Shown: positions 27,108 to 39,838 of the stretch, one piece after another
How the letters are laid out: every line of letters begins with the position of its first letter
Numbering within the stretch: position 1 is the stretch's first letter
Source: Eledone cirrhosa
Lineage: Eukaryota
DNA length: 64,000 nucleotides
Assembly (NCBI GenBank): GCA_964016885.1
Contig: OZ024742.1
Coordinates: 91,636,001 to 91,700,000, forward strand
Direction of reading: 5' to 3'
Position numbers and translations under genes: made by a program
The notes under the pieces: model-generated
Told to the model about the DNA's origin: nothing
What the model saw: the letters and a program-made list of their open reading frames with translations, nothing else
Databases searched by the model: none

Positions 27108-27600
27108 TGACCGGGAACACGGGTGAACCCATAACACGAGGCGTAGCGCAAATAAGAGCAGCACCAAAAAACTCTATTTTGCATCACTGGCCAACCATGG
27201 AAGACTGGCTGTAGAAAGAGTAGCATCGACGACGGTGCCCCAGCATAGCCGCTTATTAATCTTTCAGATTTTTTCCAACCCTCCCCTCGTATTCCACCCC
27301 ACCCCCGACTTATTAAATTTTACTAATCTATCTCCGGCAAAATTTGATTTTAAGTAGTAGCATTCCTGCGATAATTAATTTTCGAAAGACATTAAAAAAT
27401 GTCATGATAAAAAAAGAACATTACATGACAAAAGAGAGAATTATAAGAAAGCCCATACATTATAAAAGAAATAGGATGAGTTGAGGGTAACCAATATGTA
27501 AATTAAACGACTAAATCTGGTTTTTAAAAATATCAAGGGAGACAACCTAGAAAAATTACCGATTTTCCAACCACCCGGCTTATTCCAACCCTCCATCTAT

Positions 27601-27786
27601 TGGATTGGCAGTATCGGTAGAGGGTCGGATGCCATGCTTTCCAGCATAGTTACGTCCCTTTACAGTCTGAGTTCAAATCCCGCCGAGGTTAAATTTGCCT
27701 TTCATCCCTACGGGGTCGATAAAATAAAGTACCAGTAATGCAGTGGGATAATTGCTGGCCTTGTGCCAAAAGTAGAAACAATTATT
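27601..27786 (+). mobile_element. tRNA-derived SINE
   Basis: Same family as 1978-2165. Confidence 0.85.
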
Positions 27787-27887
27787 TGTACTCTCGGGTC
27801 CCAAATAATATATATATATATATATATATATAACGAAGGAATTAGCCGTCGAAACGGCTTGAGCTCAGCTGTCGGGTCTTACTGGTT

Positions 27888-27929
<42 letters not shown>

Positions 27930-28119
27930 TTTTGAGTTTATGTTGGTTGTATACCAACACCTCAGTATGCAGGCTGGAGCACTCGACGAAGTGCGCAGGT
28001 TGGTATGACTCCAGTTCCCCAGTGAATTAACAACCCAACAAGGAACTGGGCATATCAGAGTATTGACAATATCATACACCTAAACAACATATGTACTTGT
28101 CTATACCATACTAATTCAA

Positions 28120-28174
28120 ACTGCCTGAAGAGGTCACAGCCAAAGATGGCTGTCACTGAAATATATATAGCAGT
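28120..28174 (+). ncRNA. Type I hammerhead ribozyme, family F
   Basis: ACTGC-CTGAAGA-ggtcACAGCCA-aaga-TGGCTGTcact-GAA-ATATATAT-A-GCAGT, inside a (TA)n-flanked ~300-bp element. Confidence 0.78.
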
Positions 28175-28327
28175 AATAAACGAAGCTAAATTTTAATCAT
28201 TTGACTTTTATTTAACTTTATTTTATATATATATATATATATATATACAGGAAATGACACATAAATAACAAACAACCATGTTATGGAATACTGTTAGCTT
28301 CTCGCTACAACAATTTCTATACTTTTC

Positions 28328-28390
<63 letters not shown>

Positions 28391-28580
28391 AACAAGTAAG
28401 ACCCCGACGGCTGAGCTCAAGCCGTTTCGACGGCTAATTCAGTCCAGAATTAGCCGTCGAAACGGCTTGAGCTCAGCCGTCGGGGTCTTACTTGTTCCTA
28501 TTACCCACTCTACTACCCTAAGTATTGAGTACTTTGGTGCGTTATGGTCCACCTGGTTCCTTACCACATTTCCTTCGTTG

Positions 28581-28671
<91 letters not shown>

Positions 28672-28771
28672 TTATACTCTATAGAAAACCTTTATACTCT
28701 GATATGTATTGAGTACCTTACTTACTGTGGTTACCGCCGATTCAACCCGGAATAACTTATATATATATATA

Positions 28772-28813
<42 letters not shown>

Positions 28814-28911
28814 ATGATATTTGTGCAATTTAGTAAGTAGACAGGAAATGACACATAAATAACAAACAACCATGTTTCAGTAGCCTGAGGTAGGCTTGCT
28901 GTCGTCTTCAC

Positions 28912-28958
<47 letters not shown>

Positions 28959-28991
28959 CAGTAGCAGTAGCAGTAGCAGTAGTAAGAGCAA

Positions 28992-29030
<39 letters not shown>

Positions 29031-30559
29031 TAGTAGTGGTAGTAGTAGTAGTAGTAGTAGTAGCAGCAGCAGTAGAAGTAGTAGTAGTAGTGTTGCCCCT
29101 TAGACCCATTTATGTACGGCGAGCGTGTGAAGTAAGACTTAAACTTTAGACGGTTCTTTGCAACAGCATCTATATCTATTGTTGGTGAGTGACCTTGGTA
29201 AGCAGTAAAAACTGCACTGTTAATATAAAGTTGAAGAATGGTGGTGGCGGTGTTTGTGGAGGCTGTGGAGGTGGTGGTAACGATAGTGGTGGCAGCGGCA
29301 GTGATGTCAGTGTTGTTGGTGGAGGTAGAAGTGGAGGTGATTTTAGTAGTAGTGATGGTAGCGGTGGTGGTGATGGTAGTGGTGTTGGACGTTGTGGCGT
29401 GTTGGTGGTTGTAGTGGTGAAGTTGGTGACGGTGGTGGATGTGGTTGTTGTGGCAGTAGTCGTAATGCCGGTGATATGGGGAGATTCTAGTGATCAGACA
29501 TAACGAGGTTGTGGTCGGAGGACCGCATAGATGCAGAGACGATGCTGATTGTTTGGCAGATTATGCGTTTCGAAGGTTAGAAAATAAAAAGTTTCAGAGT
29601 GCTTTCGTTTCTCTTTCGTTTCCACTGCCATATTTCTAAAGAAATGCACTGTATTTCAGTTTATTAAAATACGTGGTTTGGAGTGGTTTGGTATCAAAAG
29701 AGTTAATGAAGAGTTTCGAGGGATTTAATGGAATTATCAATTATTTCATTATTAATATAGTAACTTAAAGTATGGTTCTTATATTGGAAGATTTTAACTT
29801 ACATAGAAACGTTTTAAAATAGGTGGATTTGTTTCATAGAACCAGAGCCGGTTTGCGGCGGGGTGGTATCAAAAGGATAATCCTCGTAGGGGGTGCAATA
29901 GACTTGCTAAAAATAACCGCCCAATCCTACGAATCGCGCAATACTATACCTAGAAAGGAAACAATACATCAAATAATGTAAGTGGTTCGAAAAAGAGGAC
30001 ATGATCATCAGACCGAACCAAAGCAAGTATGTATGCATTGGTCTTTTTAGTGCTCATATGTTCTTCTACCCGTAACCTCAAGCAGAAGTGTTACTGTTTG
30101 TTCCGGTTACATGAAGCGGGATTAGCACTCAGAAGGCACTCAGCCGGAACAGAAACCGCCAAAGAAACCGTTCGCCTCTAATCCACTGCCTCTTGATTGA
30201 AACTTTGTTTATCGACTTTGCATGGCAAAGCTGACATTGGCTCAGAGAGTCTGAACAAAAACTGTAAAACATCACTTTCGATTCTTTAACAATTCTACCG
30301 ACCCACAGCTCTGGTATTTTGTTTATCGACCCCAAATGAATGATAGACAAAATTGGGTTCGACGAGAATTGAACTCAGAGCACAGAAAGCCGGAACAAAG
30401 ACCGTGACTTTTAATCGATAGTCAAAGAACACTGCCAATTCACTGCCCATGTAGCCCTAGATATGCTTCTAAAATACGGGGTTGATCAAGGATAAGGCAA
30501 TTGACCTTGAGATATATATATATATATATATATAAATATATTGTACTGCATTTTTTGCT

Positions 30560-32330
30560 TTGCTATTTCAGTTTACGTTCTGCATATATACATTGCAGCA
30601 CAGACCCGCTCCTGTGAGGCCTGTGTCCATTTCGATGATTGATGTCAAGGTGATATACAGCTTGTCAACACATCACTGCATCAGGAGTGCAGCAGAGCAA
30701 TCTTCCTGTAGGTTTATTATGACGACTGATATGGCCTGTAAGGGCAAAAGTAACTCCTCACATGATCAGAGATGCGAGACAGGGATGACGTCTTGGAAGA
30801 GATGTTGTACGCGGAGAGTAGCATTCTGATGTATATACATTCAACGTCTAAATCTACTGAAGGATCGTTTCTATACAGGCCACAAACACCATTGTTTTTG
30901 TTTCCCTGTTGATGGCCGCCTTCCCCGCCCTTTGAAAGAATGGAGTGCTCTCAGTAATGAGCATTCCTGACATACATCTCTTGGCGCGAGTCACTGTAAG
31001 CACCCAGATACTTGAAATCACCCACGAAATCGTTATCTGAGTCATCTGATGCATGCAGACTCTCATTGGTAGATGGATTCAAGTGCATGTACTTCATCTG
31101 TGGTGTATTTAGAAACACACCAACACCTTCGCATGTCTTCACAACTCTGATGACGAGATGCGATCTTATTTTGGAGCCCAGTTAAGATCAGCTACGACTT
31201 CGACAGGATGATGGTGACTACAGCCTCCATGCCATGGTAATTGAATTCTACTATACAGCGATGAACAAGGATGTGGGATGTGGTGGAGCAGCCTAGGCGA
31301 AAACCATAAGACCGTGTCAATAATTGGTTGTATTCTGTTTAGTAGATAGCGGTTGTAAATCTTGGATGTAACCTGGGAGAGCAACATCTCTCTGTAGTTA
31401 TATGTTGTTGTTAGGTCACCTTCATTTGGTATTTGTGTTGGAAAGGAGATGCCCCACTCCTTGGGGAATTCCCTTGATAGGTTTCATTACGGAAATTCAG
31501 AAAACTCATCCGAACCTCCTTCAGTTTTTACAACTATGGATGGAGGCCATCCAGGCCTGGTGCCTTTCTGGGTTTTAACTGACGAATTGCAATATCTTCT
31601 TGCACCTGTGTTAATTCACCTTGCTTTATTGCAGAGAATTTGTGTGGAGATGCTAGGAGAGTTACTTTGCGCGCAGAAAAAACAGTATCAAGGTCCACAT
31701 GTTTTAAAGGAGAGAGAGAGGTCTTGGAGGCAACCAATCTGTACCAGTTGTTATTGCAATAATAACAAATGATGAATAGTTCTAGTCAGCTGCAAGTAAA
31801 TTGCCGAAACGCGATGAAGTGGTATGATCGATATGGTTGGCTACAACAGGATCATTTGTAAGTGCTTGTCAGAACAAAATCCTGGTGATTGGAGATTTCA
31901 GGCGTCACAGACTAAGTTTGACGTTTGCTGTTATCATGTAGTGACGACTTCCAATAGATGTCGAGAAATCTTGGCAGTCACTGAGGCTACTGCGTCATCG
32001 TCTTCGATATATACAGAAATCAATTTGCGATAATGTACTTGCAAGCAGCCTGAATGTTCCTGGTGATAAGATTATGCTGTTCGATAAATTTGAGAAGTCG
32101 TCCATTGCGTTTGGATATGCCATGCAATGAGAAACCCTTTGCATTTTGTGCGTTCATGTTACCGCTGATGATGAGCATCGAATGGAGCGGAATGTCTTCA
32201 ACTATGTTGCTGAGTTTGCAATAAAATCAGTAATGACATCATCCGGTGAACTGTTGTGCGGAGACTAGTAATCAAGCACGACTGTCCATAAATATGGCTG
32301 AAATGCGCTCATAAATTTTCTTGACCATTG
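30560..32330 (-). mobile_element. Decayed RTE-superfamily LINE (APE + RT remnants)
   Basis: IAIRQLKPRKAPGLDGL, LLSQVTSKIYNRYLLNRIQPIID, VGDFKYLG fragments. Confidence 0.75.
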
Positions 32331-32415
32331 GATGGCCGTTGACTTCTCCTGAGTTCCTTTGCCCTTTGACGGGTTTTATTTTCGTCACGCAAGATATCCA
32401 TAAAAACTCACCCTT

Positions 32416-32622
32416 AGTTTCTGATTTAGAAACAAGGCCAGCATTTTGAGGGGATGGGTAAAGTAGATTAAATCGACTCCAGTGTGTTACTGGTACTTTA
32501 TTTCATCGATCCCGTAAGGATGAAAGGCAAAGTTAACCTCGGCGGGGCTTGAAAACAGAACGTAAAGGGCTGCAACTATATGCTGCAAAGCTTTTTGTCC
32601 GGCGCTCTATCGATATTGCCAG
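32416..32622 (-). mobile_element. tRNA-derived SINE
   Basis: Same core sequence as the other copies. Confidence 0.8.
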
Positions 32623-32725
32623 TTAATAATAATAATGAAACTCGATGTCTCAGTCATCATCACAATCATTACCGTCATAATCATCAAAATAATCAATCAT
32701 CACTATTTATCATATCAATTACCAT

Positions 32726-32787
<62 letters not shown>

Positions 32788-32788
32788 G

Positions 32789-32820
<32 letters not shown>

Positions 32821-33461
32821 GTACTACTACTAGTACTACTACTACTACTTCTACTACTACTAGCACTACTACTACTAGTACTACTACTACTACTTAGTGG
32901 GAGGAGGAGGAAGGGGATCGGAAGAGGTGGCGGTGGAGGAGGGGGAAGAGGAGGGAAATAAGAATAAGAATGAAAATAAGATGTTGAGGAGGAGGAAGAG
33001 GAGGGGAGAGGGGAATGGGAGGAGGAGGAGGGGGGAGGAGAGGGAGGAGGAATGACGTGGAGGTGTAAAATTATGATGACGACAACGATAATGATGCTAA
33101 TATAAAAGAAATGGACTATTTATTATAATTAAACGATCTCAGGAAAACTACTAAACGTTCCATAGCGACAGTTTATTGTAATATAACTAAATCCTTCTGT
33201 AATCTATCATAGTCTGGAAAGTTGGTGAAGGATGGAGAGAAAGAGAACGAAAGACTGTGAATGTGAACATGAAAGAAAAATAGTGTGAGAGAGAGAGAGA
33301 GAGGAGAGAGAAAGAGAGGGAGGGGTGAAGAGAGAGAATGTAAGAGAGCCTGAGTATAAGCACAGGATAAAAACATAGCGAGAAAAAGAGTTAGATATAG
33401 AGAGAGGGAGAGTAAGTGAGAAAAAGAATAGTAAGAGAGAAAGAGAGAGAGATAGAGATAT

Positions 33462-33536
<75 letters not shown>

Positions 33537-33884
33537 GAGAGAGAGAGGGAGAGAGAGAGAAATAAATAGAGAGGTAGAGATAGAATGAAAGAGAGCCGGT
33601 GAAAGAGAACGTGGCAGAAACATAGTGAGAGAATTAGTGAAAGCAAAAGTGAGAGTAAGAGAGAAAGAGAGAAATAGAGAAAGAGTGAGAGACAGAGGGA
33701 AGTAGAAAGAGAGAGAGAGAGGGGGAGAGACAGAGAGGGGGGGAGATATATATATATATATAGAGAGAGAGAGACAGAGAGAAGAAGAAAGAGTGAGTGA
33801 GAGAGAGAGAGTGAGAGAGAGAGAGAGAGAGAGAGACAGAGACAGAGAGTAGTAGAAAGAGTGAGAGAGAGAGGGAGAGGGAGG

Positions 33885-33954
<70 letters not shown>

Positions 33955-35348
33955 TATAAAGACTATCGAATGTTAGACATTCATTAATATAACTAACGGA
34001 GCGACAGTATCACACCATAGTGACATTATTATCCGTATCTCTATTTGAATCTATGATGGAGTAGCAATGTTTCTGTTTGTGATCTTTGTGTGTCTGGCAA
34101 GGATTTCATAGTAGAACATTCTCACAAAACTAATAGAATGGAGAAATAAGTGAGTGAGTGAAGAAGGTGGGGGTATTTAGTGTATGAATGAGAGAGGTGT
34201 GAGTACGTGAATGAATGAGGGAGGAAATGATGTGAGGGGGTGAACAAATGAGAATGTTAGTAATTAGCTATAAGTGTAATAATGATGATTGCTGGACAGC
34301 TTGAGAATTTCGTTCGAAAATAAAATAAATTTGAAATTTGTGAATATGTGCGTCCTAAACACAAAACATAATTGGAATAGCAATTGCATACTATAAATAA
34401 TAGTAGAGAAAGTCCTGTAAAATCCTCGATTCTTTCAGCTAATATTCATAGTGATCGACCACTTTTACGGCCATTTTCTGCGTTTGGGATGCTCATTAAA
34501 AAAAATATAGACATATTTTGATCTCAGCTATATCAACCGTGTCCTCGTCAGAATCTCTAGCGAAACACTACCTACCCATCTTTTTTTATCAGAAGAAAAT
34601 GACGGATTAATCTTCGTAAACAGACTCAAATGATTATTAGATACATGAAACGAGACAATAACTGCTCTCGCAAGGCATAAAATAAGATGTCGGAAAAATT
34701 GGAGGGTTTCATTGGCCACGCCGTAATCCAGACATTGACGTCTTTTGTACCAACACACCTTATACTCTGTATATTCCTATCTAGTAATGCTCCACCCTCC
34801 CCACTATAAAAGTACCAAATAAAGATGCCGGAATGGTTGTTCCGTCCACTGCTTTCCACTGTGGTACAATGGGTAATCCTGGGAACAATTCTTTCATGGA
34901 GACTTACTTGTAAATAAAAGTTTAATTGGTACTGTTATCACTGAGACTTCCGTTGCTCTCGTTTTCATCCAAAAGTCAAATTGAGATGGTGGCATCACAT
35001 CTGCGGAAGGAACCCACAAGGAGGAATAGTTGATGCAGCGGATATCTGTTGCTGTGTAGAGTTTACATAATACTAATTTTTTTCCGTTTCCTTTTGTTCT
35101 GGCTGGTTACATTTGAATTGTGTTAATGCTGCTAAATGTTTAATAATTGTAGTTGATGGTTGATGGTGCAATAATTGTTTCTAGCATAGGAACATGACGA
35201 ACAATTTCGAGGAAGAGGAAAGTCGGTTAAACTGATACCAGTGCTGTTATATCGACCGATTGATGCTGTAATAATAATATTATACTAATATGATAATGTC
35301 ATGAAAATATATGATAACGAATTTTTCGTAAAGTATGATATCAATAAT

Positions 35349-35941
35349 AATTGTTTCTACTTTAAGCACAAGGCCAACAATTACCCAGTACATTACTGGT
35401 ACTTTATTTTATCGACCCCGTAAAGATGAAAGGCAAAGTTAACCTCGGCGGGATTTGAACTCAGACTGTAAAGGGATGTAACTATGCTAGAAAGCATGGC
35501 GTCGAACCCTCTACCGATACTGCCAATTCACCGCCCTCGAACAATAATTGCTTCTACTTTTTGGCACAAGGCCAGCAATTACCCAGTACATTACTGGTAC
35601 TTTATTTTATCGACCCCGTAAGGATGAAAGGCAAAGTTAACCTCGAATATGCCCTCGAAGATGCCCTCGAACAATAATGCTGGATAGTCAGTCGTTGAAT
35701 ATATACTAACTTAATCTATCCTTTTGTCTACGAATTTTTCGTGAAGTATGATATCAATAATAATGTTTCTACTTTTGGCACAATGCCAGCAATTACCTCA
35801 GTTCATTACTGGTACTTTATTTTATCCACCCCGTAATAATGAAATGTAAAGTTAACCTCGGCGGGATTTGAACTCAGAACGTAAAGGGCCATAACTCTAT
35901 GCTGCAAAGCATAATGTCTGACAAACTACCGATTCTGCCAA
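35349..35941 (-). mobile_element. Cluster of three same-orientation SINE copies
   Basis: Copies at about 35349-35535, 35543-35645 (truncated) and 35760-35941. Confidence 0.85.
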
Positions 35942-37081
35942 TGATAGTAATAGTTATAATGATAATATTATAATGATCCGAGGTTTCTTATATCTTCCGC
36001 ACGAAAATTAACTTTTCTTTTCAGTATTGCTTCACTTCAGTAGACAATGACAGCTGGTCACCAAGATACAGTGTCAGTATATGATATGGTCGTCAGCTCG
36101 GAGTTCATGAGTGGGACTGAGATGTATTGACGAGAAAGTGACTTAAGTTTCAATGAAATTGGTCCACCTGGTAAGTAAGGTATGTAGATACGGATCATCG
36201 AATAGATACGCATCAAGATATTTTTGTACACAAAGAAAACCTCAAAAAACATGACTAAGTCATTCCAAATACTTTTATAAACAGAGAAAACACATTTTAC
36301 AAAAACTATAAACAAAGCAACTGACGATCAAACCGCATTCAAAACAACACTTTACTATTTAATAATGGTTTCTGATTTAGGTACAAGGCCAGCAATTTTG
36401 GGTGTGGAGAATAAAGTCGATTAAATAAGCCCAGATCTTGACTGGTACTTTATTTTGTCACCTCCAGATATATAATAGTAGACTTAGAATGAAATAACAG
36501 ACAATCCTTTCACTCATTCAAGCGATGCAAATATCAGACAGAACAAAAACGTTTCGGTGTTTAATAATATTACACGAAAGTTCCTCCTGTCTCTATCCGG
36601 GCCTTGATAATGTAACAATATATGGGTTCTAATCTATTTCTGTCAAGTGAAACAAGATATATAGATTCACATCAAAACATAGAGTCTTTCTCTTGCTTTC
36701 TTCTACAGCCATTTTCCCTAAACACGGCTATCGTCTGCAAGTATTCAAACGTTAGACTTAATTGTCATAAAAATCTTACAACGAAAATGTTCTCTTTGAA
36801 ATATATATCCTAAAGCTGCTTTTGTTTTCAATTATTCTTTTTAAATAAACATTCAGACGTTTTGTTTAGATTTTAATAAAATTCGTGTTTTGGAAGTTTT
36901 TTTTTCTTTGGTTTTTATATATATTTCGTTCTTTCATTATCAAGATTCTCTTTCTTCCTTTCGTGTCTCTCCTGCTGTGTCAAGTTCTGTCTGTGTGTCA
37001 ATTTGTTTCATCTTCCTCTCTTTCTTTTTTCTTTCCGTATATATGTAGGTTTACATATATATATGTATATATATATACGTG

Positions 37082-37116
<35 letters not shown>

Positions 37117-37263
37117 CCACACACGCACACATATATATAAACATTATATATATATATATATATATAAATATATGTATAAATATATATATATAACTGGTGT
37201 TGGATGCTTAAAGCGGTATGCGGTAGACAGTATGAGCACTCGATGCTCTCATAGAGCAGAGTA

Positions 37264-37585
37264 TGATATCACAGAAAAAAAGAGAATCAGTGTTGCGAGG
37301 AATGGAATTTATTGGACATATTACAATCCTTTCTCTGGCGACCAGTTCGAGGCACGATCGATGAGATGATCGAACCTTACTCTGAAAATCGCAAGGTCCT
37401 CAGATACGCCTTGATTCTACGAAGCAAATTTTCCTTCGTAGAATCAAGACATATCTGAAGAACTTGCGATTTTCAGAGTCAGGTTCGATCATCTCATCGA
37501 TCGTGCCTCGAGCTGGTCGCCAGAGAAAGGATTGTAATATGTCCAATAAATTCCATTCCTCGCAACACTGATTCTCATTTTTTCT

Positions 37586-37592
<7 letters not shown>
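37264..37592. repeat. Long fold-back element flanked by (TA)n
   Basis: ~160-bp near-perfect inverted arms centred near 37428. Confidence 0.9.
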
Positions 37593-37649
<57 letters not shown>

Positions 37650-37730
37650 GTATAGAAATTTCGTATTTCGAAAGAAATACGATTTTAGGTAGCCGTAGCT
37701 ATGCGGACACCGGGGCGGGTGGGGGGGGGG

Positions 37731-37770
37731 CATCTATGCATTTCAGGTTTGGCTGGCCATCGTCAGGACG
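37731..37770 (-). ncRNA. Minimal type I hammerhead ribozyme, family G
   Basis: Reverse complement: CGTC-CTGACGA-TGGCCAGCCAAACCT-GAA-ATGCAT-A-GATG, in a ~150-bp (TA)n-flanked insert. Confidence 0.7.
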
Positions 37771-37792
37771 ATCCCTTCCATTGCATATATAT

Positions 37793-37849
<57 letters not shown>

Positions 37850-37853
<4 letters not shown>

Positions 37854-38884
37854 TATCTATACGTACATACATATATGTATACAGGCATACAGTAGTATAT
37901 ATATATATATACATACATGCACACATATATATATGTACGTATGGATTCACGAAACATTTATTATAATGCTCTGTTTGTTTGTAAACAAACATCCCCAATT
38001 AAGCCGTACAGTGTCTCGCAACCATCGTTGCCCTTTTGTTCAACACTGACAAAGGAACGATGTACTAGTTCCAAGCTTAGTTCTTAGCTATCGTCAGCAC
38101 CGTATACCTTCCTGCCAGATGATTGAACGTCTGAAAGTATATACTTTCCTTATGCATATTTAACGGCTGAGCAGCCTAATTTGAATATCGAGTGAGTTAA
38201 TCGGCCGGGCGCATCGAAAACGATAAATGGAAAAAATGAAACGAAATTTCATTTCTCACTCTTAGTACGGCTGTTACTTAAATATAAATATGTATACGTG
38301 CATACATATATGTATACAGACATACAGTAGTATGTATATATATACATACATGCACACATATATACATGTACGTACGGATTTACCGAACATTTATTATAAT
38401 GTTCGGTTTGTTTGTAAACAAACATCTCGAATTAAGCCGTACAGTGTTTAGAAACCATCGTTGCCCTTTTGTTCAACGATTAACTCACTCGATATGCAAA
38501 TTAGGCTGCTCAGCCGTTAATATGCATCAGGAAAGTATATACTTTCAGACGTTCAATCATCTGGCAGGAAGGTATACGGAGCTGACGATAGCTAATAAGC
38601 TTGAAACTAGTACATCGTTCCTTTGTCAGTGTTGAACAAAAGGGCAACGATGGTTGCTAGACACTGTTCGGCTTAATTCGGCATGCTTGTTTCCCAACAA
38701 ACCGAGCATTATAATAAATGTTCGGTGAATCCATACGTACATATATATAAATGTGCATGTATGTATATATATATATATACATACTACTGTACGTCTGTAT
38801 ACATATATGTATGTACGTATACATACTTATATTTAAGTAACAGCCGTACTAAGAGTGGGAAATGAATTTCGTTTAATTTTTTCC

Positions 38885-38890
<6 letters not shown>
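37850..38890. mobile_element. Family D retrozyme-like units in tandem plus inverted arrangement
   Basis: About 1.5 units on the - strand (37850-38476), then one unit on the + strand (38477-38890); HHRs at 38057-38103 (-, GAAA>GGAA) and 38576-38618 (+). Confidence 0.85.
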
Positions 38891-38931
<41 letters not shown>

Positions 38932-39027
38932 ACAATGAAAATAAAAACAACAAAGTCAAGTTAATTTACCTATTCATATCATTGTTTCACGATCGTTGGT
39001 AGACCCCCTATCCTATTGCTCATTCTT

Positions 39028-39063
39028 TCTTCTCATGAAGGACTAGCATCCGAACCGTTAAGA
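39028..39063 (+). ncRNA. Degenerate hammerhead, family A
   Basis: TCTT-CTcATGA-A-GGACTAGCaTCC-GAAcCGT-T-AAGA with the same downstream tail as 9110-9200. Confidence 0.55.
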
Positions 39064-39160
39064 CCCTCTTCCTGCTACATCAAGCGTTAACCTAATATAT
39101 CCCTTCCATATACTGTACCGATTGTGTTGTTATTTTGTTCACCTTTTACATACATACATA

Positions 39161-39316
<156 letters not shown>

Positions 39317-39458
39317 GAGCATGACTTGGCAAGCTATTTAGAACACTGGTTTAACCGCTTTACTTCCCTCCGAAGAAGAGATATTATCTCGAAAATTAAG
39401 GACATTTAAATAAATCTCAGGTAATATCTTTTGCATTTGCATTTTTTTATTCTATGTC

Positions 39459-39797
39459 AATAACAGATTAAAGTTTAAGCAAAGAATCGCTGCTTTCACC
39501 CTTAACGTATTATTCGTTTTTTCCCGTTCTTTGCCAGCGAACGTGCCCACGAACCAAAGTATCGTCTTCCTGTCTTCCTCCGGTTGCAACGTTTTTTGAA
39601 ATATCCAGTTCTGCGTTTACAGATTGACTTTGTTAGTTTCAGAAGATCCCGTTAAGGGTGAAAGCAGCGATTCTTTGCTTAAACTTTAATCTGTTATTTA
39701 ATAAATATTTGCTCTACAGTTCTTATATATTTGATATATATTTATCCTTATCGAGCCCTCTTTGGATTTTAGTCTTCAATTTTATTATTATTACTAT
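39459..39797 (+). repeat. PLE family 2 pseudo-LTR with short inverted leader
   Basis: 39459-39508 is inverted relative to 39649-39698; contains the HHR variant at 39635-39685 and lies directly upstream of the ORF ATG at 39839. Confidence 0.85.
39635..39685 (+). ncRNA. Variant hammerhead (CAGAAGA core), family C
   Basis: AGTTT-CAGAAGA-TCCC-GTTAA-GGGT-GAA-AGCAG-cgattct-TTGCT-T-AAACT. Confidence 0.7.
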
Positions 39798-39838
39798 TTG
39801 GTTCCCTCGGTTGAGCACTCTACTGACTTATATTCATC

